Assembly: GCA_963786955.1 (NCBI GenBank)
Contig: CAWBAT010000005.1
Span: 1-64,000, forward strand
Direction: 5' to 3'
From: an uncultured Acidimicrobiia bacterium
GTDB lineage: Bacteria > Acidobacteriota > Terriglobia > Versatilivoradales > Versatilivoraceae
DNA length: 64,000 nt
The notes below the pieces were generated by a model. It made no database searches. It was not told the origin of the DNA and worked only from the letters and a program-made list of their open reading frames with translations. The translations under genes and the position numbers were made by a program. This document shows, piece after piece, positions 10,739-22,667 of this stretch (the first letter of the stretch is position 1; each line of letters begins with the position of its first letter).

Positions 10739-11707
10739 ATTCCTTTGTTATTGTGTTCCCCTGCGTTTGCCCACGAGGCACGCCCTGCATACCTCGAGAT
10801 TAAGGAAACCGTGCCTGACCAATTCAGCGTGTTGTGGCGCACTCCAGTTCTTGCCGGTATGCGTCTGCCCATCCTTCTGAAATTGCCTGACGACTCGAAG
10901 AACCTGAAAGAGCCCACTGTTCAGGAACTGGCCGATTCCCTCGTGGAGCGCCGATGGTTGAATGCAGGGCCGAATGGGCTGGCCGGAAAGCGCATCGAAT
11001 TCCTTGGACTGCAGGCCACAATCACCGACGTTGTGGTCCGCGTTGAGATGCTCGACGGCAGAAAATGGACAACCATTGTTCACCCTTCCCAACCATGGGT
11101 GGAGCTTGCCGCTTCGCAAACCAGGCTGGGTGTGATGGGCACCTACATCGTGCAGGGTATCCGGCACATCCTCTTCGGCGCCGATCATCTGCTCTTCGTG
11201 CTTGGTCTGCTGCTGATCGTGAAAGATCACTGGATGCTGCTGAAGACGGTAACGGCCTTCACCATAGCGCACAGCATCACCTTGGCCATCGCGACCCTGG
11301 GCTATGCCGAAGCGCCAGTGGTTCCTCTGAATGCCGCCATCGCTCTGAGCATTCTTTTCCTCGGACCGGAGATCGTACGCTCGTGGCGTGGCGAGACCAG
11401 TTTCACGATCCGCCATCCTTGGGTGGTGGCTTTTGCGTTTGGGCTGCTGCATGGCTTCGGGTTTGCCAGCGCGCTCACGAGTGCCGGTTTGCCGCGAACG
11501 GAGTTGCCGGTTGCGCTGGTGAGCTTCAATGTTGGCGTAGAGCTCGGGCAACTTGGTTTCATCCTGCTGGTTCTGGCGTTGGAACGATCCTTCTCGATAC
11601 TCGAAGTCCGTTGGCCGCGGTGGGCTCAGGCACTTCCGGGATACGCCGTCGGTGGACTCGGCGCATTTTGGACTATACAGAGAGTGGCAGTGATGATTAC
11701 AGGATGA
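10595..11707 (+). CDS. HupE/UreJ family protein (long type with periplasmic N-terminal domain); start uncertain, within the repeat element
   Basis: Signal ...SPAFA|HEARPAYL; GIRHILFGADHLLFV, TAFTIAHSITL, FGLLHGFGFA, FNVGVELGQL. Confidence 0.88.
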   Translation: MRDTRYEMEDANCRIGNAGCHARVPEISYPASRIPYPVSRILYLLSLIIPLLLCSPAFAHEARPAYLEIKETVPDQFSVLWRTPVLAGMRLPILLKLPDDSKNLKEPTVQELADSLVERRWLNAGPNGLAGKRIEFLGLQATITDVVVRVEMLDGRKWTTIVHPSQPWVELAASQTRLGVMGTYIVQGIRHILFGADHLLFVLGLLLIVKDHWMLLKTVTAFTIAHSITLAIATLGYAEAPVVPLNAAIALSILFLGPEIVRSWRGETSFTIRHPWVVAFAFGLLHGFGFASALTSAGLPRTELPVALVSFNVGVELGQLGFILLVLALERSFSILEVRWPRWAQALPGYAVGGLGAFWTIQRVAVMITG

Positions 11708-11862
11708 TGCGATGCGGGATGCGAGATCCGAGATGCGAGATGGTAGTTACGGGATACGAGGTGCAGGATACGAGATTCCACGTACTCGCGAACGGCAATC
11801 AGCACTTCCTAAATGGCATCCCGAATCTCGCATCTCGGATCCCCTAACTCGCATCCCGTATC
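11706..11862 (-). repeat. Heptamer-armed hairpin element, copy 2 (core inverted)
   Basis: Its reverse complement contains ...TGCCATTTAGGAAGTGCTGATTGCCGTTCGCGAGTACGTGGAATCTCGTATCC, homologous to the cores of copies 1 and 3. Confidence 0.85.
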
Positions 11863-11879
11863 AAGTTCCTTATTAAGTT

Positions 11880-12291
11880 ATGAGCTACAGAACACTTGAG
11901 ATTTGGCAACTGGCTCGCGACTTATCGATTGAGATTCATTACATGACGTTGGAGTCGTTGCCGAAGCTGGAAATGTATGAAGAAGCGTCGCAAATTCGCC
12001 GCTCAGCAAAATCTATCAGATCCAATATTGTCGAAGGGTATGGGAGGCGAAGATACAAGTTGGAGTTCGTCCGCTTTTTGACTTATGCACACGCCTCATG
12101 CGATGAGACAGTTGATCACCTTGAAACCCTGCACGAAACAGGATCTCTCGCAGATGACGCTTTTTATGAGCGGCTTCATCAAAAGCTGAACCAATTAGGT
12201 GGAAAACTTAACCAATTCATTCAAAGTGTGGAGTTGCAACACCGTTCGGTTCGGGAGGATAGCGCTGAGTACAAGCGAGATGAAGAAGAGT

Positions 12292-12293
<2 letters not shown>
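11880..12293 (+). CDS. Four helix bundle protein (23S rRNA intervening-sequence protein / bAvd-like family)
   Basis: [51 protein letters not shown] family signature. Confidence 0.9.
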
Positions 12294-13015
<722 letters not shown>

Positions 13016-13019
<4 letters not shown>

Positions 13020-13621
13020 AACGATCTCGTGTTCCCGTTTTCTGCGCTGTCTTGCTGGCTTTCGCCATGTGTCCCCTCACGGCGGAAGCTCATCTGAATT
13101 CCACGGGCATGGGCCCGCTCTACGACGGCCTCATGCACTTTTTGATGAGCCCGGAGGACTTCGTGCCAGCGTTGGCGTTAGCGCTCTTGGTGGGTCTGCG
13201 TGGGACGGCGTACGGACGGCGGGCGCTGTTTACGCTTCCAGCGGCGTGGCTATTCGGCGGTCTTATCGGAACAGGCGCAGCCGCTAGAATTGGCAGTCCC
13301 GTGGTATCAGCAGTATGGTTTATCCTCCTCGGCGTGCTACTCGCCTCAGACGCCAAGCTTTCACTTTGGGCAACCACCGCATTGGCTGTCTTGCTCGGTG
13401 TCTACAATGGCTACCTCAATGGCACCGGGATGGGACAGTTCGACATTGCCGCCATTGCTTTACTTGGATTAGCTTTCACAGTGTTTGTTCTCGTGGCGTT
13501 GGCGGCAGCGTTTGTAGTGCGATTGCGAGCGCAGTGGGGGCGAATCGCCATGCGGGTCGTGGGTAGTTGGATTGCAGCGAGTGGCTTGCTCATGCTCGGT
13601 TGGACGATACGCGGAGTTTGA
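13016..13621 (+). CDS. Divergent HupE/UreJ family protein
   Basis: ATGA overlap with the previous gene; AEAH..GPLYDGLMHF; the HGxAHG motif is replaced by YNGYLNG. Confidence 0.8.
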
Positions 13622-13943
13622 GGCGACTTGCCTTTCTGCCACACGCCATCTGGCGCCATGCCGTGCGAAATCTTTCAATCACTTGTCATCCTCCTTTCAC
13701 TGGCGCCTTCACCGGTACACGCACTCCAGACGGCTTCGCGCATTCCCATGCAACAACGTGTGTAGAGAACCAATGTCTTCTTGTTGCCAGGCGTGATCGA
13801 GTCCATGATTTCCGTACAAAAGACCAGTTGCGTTCGCCGTCCACGTGTGAATATACTTTCCTCTTAATTTTCCCCTGACTAGGACGTTTCCCTTAAACTT
13901 TGCTTCATCATAAGCGTAGACACACAACCGAATGAGAGGTGTT

Positions 13944-16579
13944 ATGAAAAGGAAGACTGCAATAACCGCGGGTTTGATGTTCATTCTCGCTGGGTTTGGT
14001 GGGTTGATTTCCTGTAACAAAGCGCAAGCTCCGGAGGAGGTTCAAAAGTCCGGCCAAGCTGGCCAGGCCAAGACCGAACAGCCGCCCCAGCGCAATCCCG
14101 ATCGTAATGCCTATTTCGGTGAGGAGCACATCCACACCAGTTGGTCGTTGGACGCCTGGGTGATGGGCAACCGCATTACCGGACCTGACGACGCCCTCAA
14201 GTATGCTCAGGGCCAAACCATCAAGCATCCCATGGGCTACGACATTAAGATCGACACGCCCATGGACTTCATGGGCGTGACCGACCACTCCGAGTACGTC
14301 GGCGTCACCAGGATGGCGAATACCCCGGGTTCGGCGATCAGCAAGATGCCGGAAGCGCAGCCCTTAATCCTCAAGGATCCCAATGACCGGCGGAACAGCA
14401 GAAGGTCTTCCTGTATCTGCTGTCTCTCACCAGCCGGCCTCCGATCAAGGCCTTTATGTCGCCGGAGGTGGCGGGCACCGTCTGGAAGGAAAACGTAAAG
14501 ATCGCCGACGCGAACAATCATCCGGGCAAGTTCACGGCGTTCTGCTCTTACGAGTGGACCTCCATGCCCAACAACCGCAACCTGCATCGCAACATCTTCT
14601 TCCGCGACTGCGCCAATGTGCCGGCGATGCCCTTCAGCTCGCTGGATTCCAGGCATCCCGAGGACCTGTGGAAATGGATGGACACCCAGCGCAAGGCGGG
14701 CAACGAATTGTTGGCCATTTCGCATAATGCCAATGTGAGCGACGGCTGGATGTATCCCGTCGGACGTCGACAGCTATGGGCAGGCCCGATCGATGCAGCC
14801 TGGGCAGCCTCCCGCGACCGCAACGAGCGCCTGGTCGAAATCAAGCAGATCAAAGGTGCGTCCGAGACCCATCCCTTGTTGTCTCCCACCGACGAATTCG
14901 CCAACTACGAGATGTTCAGCGGACTGCTCGGTCTTTCGCCGGACAGTGGCCGCATTGATCACATTCACGGCAGCTTCGCCCGGCAGGCCTACAAAGACGG
15001 CATTGCCATGCAGGACACCCGCGGCTACAACCCCTACAAGTTCGGCATGGCCGGCGGCTCCGACTCCCACAACTCCGCCAGCCCTTACCGTCAGGATAAT
15101 TTCTATGGCGGACACGCCGATGCGGACGGAACCGTGGAGAGGCGCCTGGCTGGGGTCATGCTGGGAAACACCATCGATGTGCGCCTGGAGAACCCGGGCG
15201 GACTGACCGGCGTGTGGGCCGAGGAAAACACCCGCGCGTCCCTCTGGGACGCCATGTATCGCAAGGAAACCTTCGGCGTCAGCGGCCCGCACATCAAAGT
15301 GCGCTTCTTCGGCGGTTGGGGCTACAACAAGGACACCCTGAACGCCAAGGACTGGGTGCACCAGTCCTATGCAAACGGCGTCCCCATGGGCGCCGACCTG
15401 CCTCCGATGAAGGGCATGGCTCCGACGTTCGTTGTCTGGGCAGTGAAAGACCCGACTTCCGGCAATCTCGACCGCATCCAGATCATCAAAGGGTGGACCA
15501 AGAACGGCCAGAGCTTCGAGAAGATCTTCGACGTGGCCTGGTCCGGCGACCGCAAGGCCAATAAGTGGACGGGCCGGGTTCCGGCCATCCAGAGCACCGT
15601 GGACCTGGAGAAAGCCACTTATACCAACACCGTCGGTTCAGCGGAACTTAAGACCGTCTGGACCGATCCCGAGTTTGATGCCAGCCAGCATGCCTTCTAC
15701 TACGCCCGCGTGCTGGAAATCCCCACGCCGCGCTGGACCCTCATTCAGGCAGTGAAGGCCGGGATTCCGCCGCCCGACGTGGTGCCGCTCACCGGCCAGG
15801 AGCGCGCCTGGATCTTCGCCCATCTGGTACACCCCGAGCGCCGACGCGCGCAAGAATGCGCCCGCCGGCATGACCGTGGCCGACCTCCAGAAGAAAGGCG
15901 CCACCGCGCTGGGCGACGCCCAACTCAAGGCGCTCGTCGTGGGCAAAGCCTTCTGGGTGCGCAATAACGTGACTGGCGAGCAGTTCAGCGTCAGCTACAC
16001 TGCCGAAGGTCAGAGCAACGTCTGGCATATTGGCACGAGCGCCACAACCCCGAGCAGCTACGGTAACCCGGTGCGCGACGGTTACCAGGGAACCACCACG
16101 CCGTACAAGATTGAGAACGGCAAAGTGGTGACAACGATTTCCCAGGATCCCTTCGCGGTCACGGTCTACAAACTGGGCGACACCTATTACGGCGCGCGCA
16201 GCAACGAATTCGGCTATGCCAACTACGAGATGATTCCGACGCCGCAGATCGTTATCAATCCGCTTGATGGCCATGATCAACCAGTTCTCGATTGAGCTGG
16301 GGCTGACGGAACAACAGAAACAGCAGATTGTCCCCTTCCTGAAGCAGGAGTTGCCGAAACTGGCGGCGCTGAAGAAGAACGCCTCTCTCAGTCCGGTGCA
16401 GAAGATGGAACAGTTGAAGCAAATCGCGGGAAGTCGATGCCAAAATTACTCCGCTCCTGGATCCGGCGCAACAGCAGAAGTTCCAGGCCATGCGCGAAGA
16501 GCACCGACGGCAGATGATCGAGAAGATGGCGAGCCAGGTGATGCAGAAAGTGGAAAGCAAGTTAAATCAGGCGATGTAG
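13944..16579 (+). CDS. DUF3604 (PHP-like metallohydrolase) lipoprotein with a long C-terminal extension; several apparent frameshifts
   Basis: Lipobox LISC; YFGEEHIHTSWSLDA, DFMGVTDHSE, YEWTS, NLHRN, ISHN.N.S.G, EIKQIKGASETHP, GGSDSH, QERAW. Pieced from ORFs 13932, 14456, 15870 and 16264 plus a final frame ending TAG at 16579. Confidence 0.85.
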
Positions 16580-16659
16580 AGCTAGAAGTAAGAAAGAATC
16601 GCTGGGCTGGCGGGCACGCTGTTTGCTTTGGATCTTCGCTTCCGTTCCGAGGCGCGCGC

Positions 16660-16818
16660 GACATCTATCTGCAGGCTGATTCGCCGGGCAAAGACAAGGA
16701 ATCCAACTGGCTGCCGACTCCTCCCGGCGCGTTCAACATCACCATTCGCAATTATTGGCCAAAAGAAGATGCTCTGAACGGCAACTACAAGAATCCGCCG
16801 ATCAAGAAGGTGCAATAA
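16660..16818 (+). pseudogene. Orphan 3' fragment of a DUF1214-type gene
   Basis: DIYLQADSPGKDKESNWLPTPPGAFNITIRNYWPKE resembles the C-terminus of the gene at 19968-21432; no 5' part is present. Confidence 0.7.
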
Positions 16819-16880
16819 AGAGAGTGCAATAATGGAAAGTCTGACTGAACCTGGCTTTAGCCACAGCTAAGGATGCTTAT

Positions 16881-17005
16881 TACTGCTTTTCATAAATACG
16901 GTGACGTTAACGCTGGGTCGGTGACCCGGCCTACAACTTTGTAGACCGCGTGCCCTCACGCGGCGCCAATCCTAAGATACGTCACTGTAATTACGAATAG
17001 CAGTA
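16881..17005. mobile_element. MITE-like element, copy 2 (inverted relative to copy 1), with two back-to-back GTAG REP-like palindromes
   Basis: TACTGCTTTTCATAAATACGGT ... ACTGTAATTACGAATAGCAGTA; the reverse complement aligns with 5345-5485. Confidence 0.7.
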
Positions 17006-17060
17006 GTTACCTGACGTAATCAGACTTCTCCAAAAAATTGAATCTACTTAGGAAGGTCCA

Positions 17061-17426
17061 ATGAAAAAGATCCTTATGCTCGCGGCCTTGGCCGAAGCGG
17101 GCACGGGAGTGATTTTGCTCGCCTATCCGCCAATCGTTGTCCGGCTGCTGTTCGACGCAGAACTCGTCGGTGCCGGCGTTATCATGAGCCGCCTCGCGGG
17201 CATTGCTCTGATCGGATTGGGGGCCGCCTGCTGGCCGGGTAACCCTTCAGTGCGGGCGTTTTGCGGGATGGTAACCTATAGCACGCTCGCCATGATATAC
17301 CTTATTTACATCGGCGTGCGCGGTGAAGGGGTCGGTACGCTGTTGTGGCCGGCCGTCGTGTTGCACGCCGGCCTGACATTCCTGCTTGCCGGTGCGTGGT
17401 GCAATACAAGAAGGCAGCAGGCATGA
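17061..17426 (+). CDS. Small four-TM membrane protein (paralog of 5985-6380)
   Basis: RBS AGGAAGG; hydrophobic; LGAACW and LWPAVVLHA motifs. Confidence 0.82.
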   Translation: MKKILMLAALAEAGTGVILLAYPPIVVRLLFDAELVGAGVIMSRLAGIALIGLGAACWPGNPSVRAFCGMVTYSTLAMIYLIYIGVRGEGVGTLLWPAVVLHAGLTFLLAGAWCNTRRQQA

Positions 17427-17479
17427 AGCCCTCGATGCCCTGGAGACTAACCTATTGCTTTTCCCTGCCAACATAATTC

Positions 17480-17508
17480 TTGACGCTAATGCTCTCGGGG
17501 GGGATACT
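17480..17508 (+). promoter_or_regulatory. Putative sigma70 promoter (duplicate of 6723-6751)
   Basis: TTGACG-17 bp-GATACT followed by a leader homologous to 6752-6869. Confidence 0.6.
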
Positions 17509-17608
17509 TCAATAACAATTTGAGGCTGGTGAGGGTTCCTATCCCTAACACTGCAAAGGTCTTTCAATTAAAACATTCAGCCGGTTTGACCGGTCTACGG
17601 AGTAAGCT

Positions 17609-17911
17609 ATGAGCAAACGATTTTTTTTCCTGGTCACAATGGTAGCCATGTTGCTTTTGGACGGCGCGGCCCTTCCCCAGTCCCCGCAATATCCGATCCT
17701 GGATATGATTGCCAACAAGGTCATTCAGAAGTACCAGCAGTCCACCTGTGAGCAGTTGTGGGTGAAGAAAAGCCAGAAGGCTCCGCCGAGCGCTGAAGAA
17801 CAAAAAGTCATCGGATTTCTTAAGAACGATCCGCAGATGCGCACCTACTTCATCAATAAAGTGGCGCCTCCCATCGCGAACAAAATGTTCGAATGCGGGA
17901 TGATTCCCTGA
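17609..17911 (+). CDS. Small secreted two-Cys protein (paralog of 5523-5855)
   Basis: Signal peptide; TCEQLW...FECGMIP. Confidence 0.85.
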   Translation: MSKRFFFLVTMVAMLLLDGAALPQSPQYPILDMIANKVIQKYQQSTCEQLWVKKSQKAPPSAEEQKVIGFLKNDPQMRTYFINKVAPPIANKMFECGMIP

Positions 17912-17958
17912 TCGATTTCAAGCGTCGAATTCGATTCACTTACTTGTGGAGGACCTTG

Positions 17959-18843
17959 ATGATTCGAAATAAATCCCTGAGTTGGACTTTGCTGATGGCG
18001 TTGGGCCTGCTTCTCGCCACAGCGAACGGCCAGACCACACCGCAGCCCGCGAAACCACAGGCGACCAAGAAAAAGACAGTCCCGGCCAAGAAGCCGGTTG
18101 TAACCCAGCCCAAGCCGGATCTCGAGCCCAAAGCGATTGAGATTCTAAAGGCTTCGAGCAGCCGCCTGGCCGAAGCCCGGACGATGGCGTTTACGGCGGT
18201 GGAAACTTTTGAGAGCTCGAGCCGCCAGGGTCACCCCCTCGCTTTCGCCAACAAGTTCAAAGCAACTCTGCAGCGGCCTGACAAGCTGCGGGTAATGCTG
18301 TCTGGGGATGGTCCTGCCTCAGAGTTTTACTATGATGGTAAGGCCATGATGGCCTTTGCGCCGGCCGAGAACCTGCTGGCTGTTGCCGATGCCCCGCCCA
18401 CGATTGACGCCACATTGGAGGCCGCTTATCACTCTGCGGCCATCTACTTTCCCTTTACCGATTTGATTGTGACCGACCCCTACAAGGATCTGGCCCCGGG
18501 GCTGCAACTGGCCTACTACGTTGGCCAATCGCATATTGTCGGGGACACGACGACGGACATCGTGGCCTACGCCGGCGACGGGGTGTTTGCACAGATCTTC
18601 ATTGGAGTTGAAGACAAGCTGCCCCGGTTGATCCATGCGGTGTACCTAGACGATCCGGAGCGACTTCGCCACAACTTGCTGCTCTCCGACTGGCAGCTTG
18701 GTCTGGCTATCCCCGCGGATGCCTTTGGGTCGTCGAGCGCTGCCAATGCGAAGCGCATCCCGTTTGCCCACCCAAACCCGGAACCGTCGCCGGGCGCGAA
18801 GCCTCCGGCGAGGGCCAACCCATCTAAAACACAGAAAAAGTAA
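17959..18843 (+). CDS. DUF2092 family periplasmic protein
   Basis: RBS GGAGG; signal peptide; LQRPDKLRV, FYYDGK, APPTIDA, YFPFTDL, QIFIG.EDKLPR. Confidence 0.8.
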   Translation: MIRNKSLSWTLLMALGLLLATANGQTTPQPAKPQATKKKTVPAKKPVVTQPKPDLEPKAIEILKASSSRLAEARTMAFTAVETFESSSRQGHPLAFANKFKATLQRPDKLRVMLSGDGPASEFYYDGKAMMAFAPAENLLAVADAPPTIDATLEAAYHSAAIYFPFTDLIVTDPYKDLAPGLQLAYYVGQSHIVGDTTTDIVAYAGDGVFAQIFIGVEDKLPRLIHAVYLDDPERLRHNLLLSDWQLGLAIPADAFGSSSAANAKRIPFAHPNPEPSPGAKPPARANPSKTQKK

Positions 18844-18862
18844 AGAGGAGGTAGAAGACATT

Positions 18863-19690
18863 ATGAAAGGAATCGTCGTTGGTATCTTAAGTTTCATGAT
18901 CACGCTCCTTCCGTGCGAGTCGGCCCTAGGCTACTCGCACGGAAACCGCTATGGCGGCAGCACTTCGCACAGCTATGGGTCCACGAGCCACACGAGCGCT
19001 TACGGAACCAGCACGTCACACACCTACGGCCAGGGCACGTCTCACACCAACTATTACGGTGGCAGTACTTCGCACGCCTACGGCGGGGGCACGACCCACA
19101 CGAACACCTACGGAGGAACTACGTCGGGCGAAGCTGGATACGGCGCGACTCATACCACCCCCTACGGCGCCACCGCGTACCATCCTCCCGCTCCGTATTA
19201 TGGGTATCACCCGCCCACGGCTTATTATGGGTATCATCCCCCCGCGACCGTGGCCTATTACGGAACCGGGTGCTACAACTGTAGCAGCGGCTGGGCGGTG
19301 GCGGGCGCCGCCGTTGCCGGTGCTGTGGTCGGGGCGGCTGTGGCTTCATCCAAGTCCAGCTCTGAAAGCTCTAGTGCTTACACTGCAGGGTACACGGCCG
19401 GTGCGTCCACGGCCAGCACTGCCAACGCCGATGCCGCTGCCGCCAATGCCAACGCTGCGGCTGCGAACGCCAATGCGGCGGCGGCTAATGCCAATACCGC
19501 CTCTGCTAACGCCAATATTGCCGCTGCCAACGCCAGTTACACGATGGGCTCGATCCAAGCAGTGTTACCTGCCGGCTGCATCACTCCCAACGTCGCAGGA
19601 GGAGGAACCTACTATTTGTGCGGAAATACCTGGTTCCAGCCGTCCTACGGTGCAAACGGTCTGTACTATCGCGTAGTACCCGCTCCTTGA
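18863..19690 (+). CDS. Secreted low-complexity repeat protein (Gly/Thr/Tyr/His repeats, Ala/Asn tract, Cys-containing C-terminal domain)
   Basis: RBS GAGGAGG; signal peptide; TSHxYG repeats, YHPP..YYG x3, (ANANAAA)n, LPAGC...YYLCGNTWFQP. Confidence 0.8.
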   Translation: MKGIVVGILSFMITLLPCESALGYSHGNRYGGSTSHSYGSTSHTSAYGTSTSHTYGQGTSHTNYYGGSTSHAYGGGTTHTNTYGGTTSGEAGYGATHTTPYGATAYHPPAPYYGYHPPTAYYGYHPPATVAYYGTGCYNCSSGWAVAGAAVAGAVVGAAVASSKSSSESSSAYTAGYTAGASTASTANADAAAANANAAAANANAAAANANTASANANIAAANASYTMGSIQAVLPAGCITPNVAGGGTYYLCGNTWFQPSYGANGLYYRVVPAP

Positions 19691-19967
19691 AGCAGCCTGT
19701 GCAGGTGTAAGAACTCGGCAGGCTGTCGCTGTCCCACCCGTCTGTGTTCGGTCACAGAAGCCGCGAAGTAAGTCTTTCACATGATGGTGTATCACACCGG
19801 TCTTTATGATCCTCCCTCACAACTGGCGCCGTGAATGCATATTCAGCCGCCAAGAAGCGCAAAAGTCGAAAAATGTTTGGTGGAAAAATACGTGCTTCCA
19901 AAAAAGTCCCCCCTTTGCCCCTTTTTCTGGCTATAAATTCAGAGAAGAAATGAAAAGGATACGACCA

Positions 19968-21432
19968 ATGAAAATAAGACAGGTGTTTGTTGGCGGCACT
20001 CTGGCCATGGTCATCGCCGCAATCTTCCTGGTCGGCTGTTCGACCAAGAACGATACCATCTCCCAGGCGGAGAAAACGGACAATTCGAAGCCGAGCATTG
20101 CCGAAACGAAAGCTATTGCCGAGGAAGGATTTATCTACGGCCTGCCGATTGTGATGAACTACGCGGTGATGCATGAGTTCTGCGTGGACAAGAAGTCCGG
20201 CCAATACAAGGGGCCCTTCAACCAGATTAGCAACGAAGCCCGTGTCTTCACCTACAAGGACACAGCCGTGGTCACGCCGAACAGTGATACGCCGTATTCC
20301 ATGTTGTGGTTGGACCTGCGCGCCGAACCCATGGTGTTGTCGGTTCCGGCAGTGGAGAAAGTCCGCTACTACTCGGTGCAGCTCTGCGACGGGAATACGT
20401 TTAACTATGGATACATCGGCAGCCGCGCAACCGGCAACGCATCCGGTGACTACCTGGTCGCCGGTCCGGATTGGAAAGGCGAGACGCCTGCCGGCATCAA
20501 GAAGGTGTTCCATTCGAGTACGCAGTTCTCAATTACGATCTTCCGGACCCAGCTCTTCAACCCGGAGGATATGCCGAAAGTAGTCAAGGTCCAGGCAGGG
20601 TACAAAGCGCAGCCGCTCTCGGCGTATCTCAAACAACCTGCTCCACCTGCGGTGCCGCGGATCGACTTCCCTAATGTCAACGCGGAGATGGTAAAGACGA
20701 ACTTCTTCGAATATCTTGATTTTTCTCTGCAATTCGCCCCTGCTGGAGCAGAGGAACAGGAGATCCGGGCCAAGCTGGCCCGCATTGGCATCGGTCCCGG
20801 GAAGACTTTTGAATTCAAGGACCTCGACCTCGAGCACAAAGCCGAAGTGCTGCTGGGTATGAAGGAAGGAGAGGCGAAAGTTGATCGGGCGATTGCTACC
20901 CTCGGCAAAGAAATCAATGGCTGGCGCGTGGGTGCGGCCCAGGGTGATCGTGCTTTTTACAAAGGCGATTGGCTGCTGCGTGCTGCCGCTGCCAAGGCCG
21001 GCATCTACGGCAACGACGCCGTCGAGGCGACATATCCCGATGACCGAAAGTGGACCCCACCGGCGAGCCGCTTGACGGCAGCAAGCACAACTACACGATT
21101 ACCTTCCCCGCTGGGCAGCTCCCGCCGGTGAACGCGTTCTGGTCGGTGACGATGTATGACGGCAAGACGCAGTTGCTTATCGAGAACCCGATCAACCGTT
21201 ACCTCATCAACTCGCCGATGCTGGCGAATATGAAGAAGAATGCGGATGGCTCGCTGACCTTTACATCCAGAAAGAATCGCCGGGCAAGGCGAAGGAATCG
21301 AACTGGCTGCCCGCTCCCAACGGCCCGATCTACCTGGTCATGCGGCTGTATTGGCCGAAGGAAACAGCGCCGTCGATTCTGCCGCCTGGCGAAGGCACAT
21401 GGAATCCGCCGGGCGTCACGCGAGTGAATTAG
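19968..21432 (+). CDS. DUF1254/DUF1214 lipoprotein; 2 apparent frameshifts (near 21045 and 21260)
   Basis: Lipobox LVGC; VVTPNSDTPYS.LWLDLRAEP, RYYSVQL, PPVNAFWSVTMY, NWLPAP.GP, RLYWPK. Confidence 0.88.
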
Positions 21433-21672
21433 GGTGAACGCGGTGAGAGCCTGGGGCTTTCATAAAGTTCCAATTTAGTCGGAGTGAAGCACAGGATTCG
21501 CAAAAAGTATTAGCCGGTAGGAAACCGTGCTCCTGGAGAAAAAGGCTTCCCCACTGGTGAATTTTTCGTCTTCTTGTGGCCATTAACATTTCAGCTGCGA
21601 GGTAGCGAAAGAGTCAGAAGCCGGCGAATTTGACTGGCACGATAAGGATTTGCTGTTTCGTTGAGACACTCC

Positions 21673-22398
21673 ATGGCTGGCAGAAGAATCCCAGCAAAAC
21701 TGATTGGCAGCCTTTTGCTTGTCCTGACTTTTGCTGTGAACGTCCGAGCCCAGCAACCAGAAACATGGGCTGAGTTCTGGTCGGAGGCGGATGCGTTTGT
21801 GCAGCTCAGTCGGTCGGCAAGATTGAGCACGATGGGAGGGACACGGACGGCGAATGAATCCTCTTATTTACAGTGGTTTACTGGAACTCAGCTAAACCTT
21901 CAGTTGAAGTCTGTAATTAAAGAACACCTGCCCCAATATGACAGTGACAAGGAAAAGTATTTTGTTTTCGGTATCGGTTATCAATATTGGAGAACGACGG
22001 AGGAGCAAAAAAGTCCCAGCGATGAGAACCGTGTGCTCATCGAAGCCACACCGCGCTATTATCCGGGCGCGGGACTACTCCTGGCAGACCGAAATCTCGT
22101 TGAACTACGCATGATCAATGGGGAGTATTCCACCCGTTACCGGAACCGTTTGACGCTCGAGCGCGCCTTCCTGGTGCACCGTTTTCGGTTTGATCCCTAT
22201 GCCTGGGGTGAACTTTTCTATGACAGCCGCTATGACAGTTGGGTGCAGAACCGATTTTCCTTTGGAGCACAGTTTCAATTCAAGCGCCATTGGGCTCTGG
22301 ATGGCTATTACTTGCACCAGAATAGTTCCCATTCCACCCCGAATCATTTAAATGTTGCCGGGTTGACCTTGAATGTCTTCTTTAGAAATCCAAAATAG
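21673..22398 (+). CDS. DUF2490-like outer-membrane beta-barrel protein
   Basis: Signal peptide, amphipathic strands, DRNLVELR...RYRNRLTLE, terminal aromatic strand. Confidence 0.7.
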   Translation: MAGRRIPAKLIGSLLLVLTFAVNVRAQQPETWAEFWSEADAFVQLSRSARLSTMGGTRTANESSYLQWFTGTQLNLQLKSVIKEHLPQYDSDKEKYFVFGIGYQYWRTTEEQKSPSDENRVLIEATPRYYPGAGLLLADRNLVELRMINGEYSTRYRNRLTLERAFLVHRFRFDPYAWGELFYDSRYDSWVQNRFSFGAQFQFKRHWALDGYYLHQNSSHSTPNHLNVAGLTLNVFFRNPK

Positions 22399-22667
22399 GA
22401 ACAGCTTTCCTTCTTGCCAAACGTTATGAAGGGTGGAAAGCGATCTCCGTCGCGGGTTCATGAGCGTGCGCAGGGGGACAGCGGCTCCACGCACCCGCTT
22501 TACCCCTTCTGCGCTGGCTTATCCCAGGGATACGGTCTCGCAGAGCTCGGACTCTCCAGAAGAGCCATCTTGTCTGGAGGACGAAGCTGCGCGACGCCCT
22601 AATGGAATTCGGGACGTGATATACTTCCAGCCGTAATCGAAATTTGCAGGAAGAAAGGAGTCTTCGC

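Noticed and set aside
19840-19935. Weak purine-rich / pyrimidine-rich inverted repeat upstream of the DUF1254 gene
   Set aside because: Pairing is too degenerate and there is no convincing second copy.
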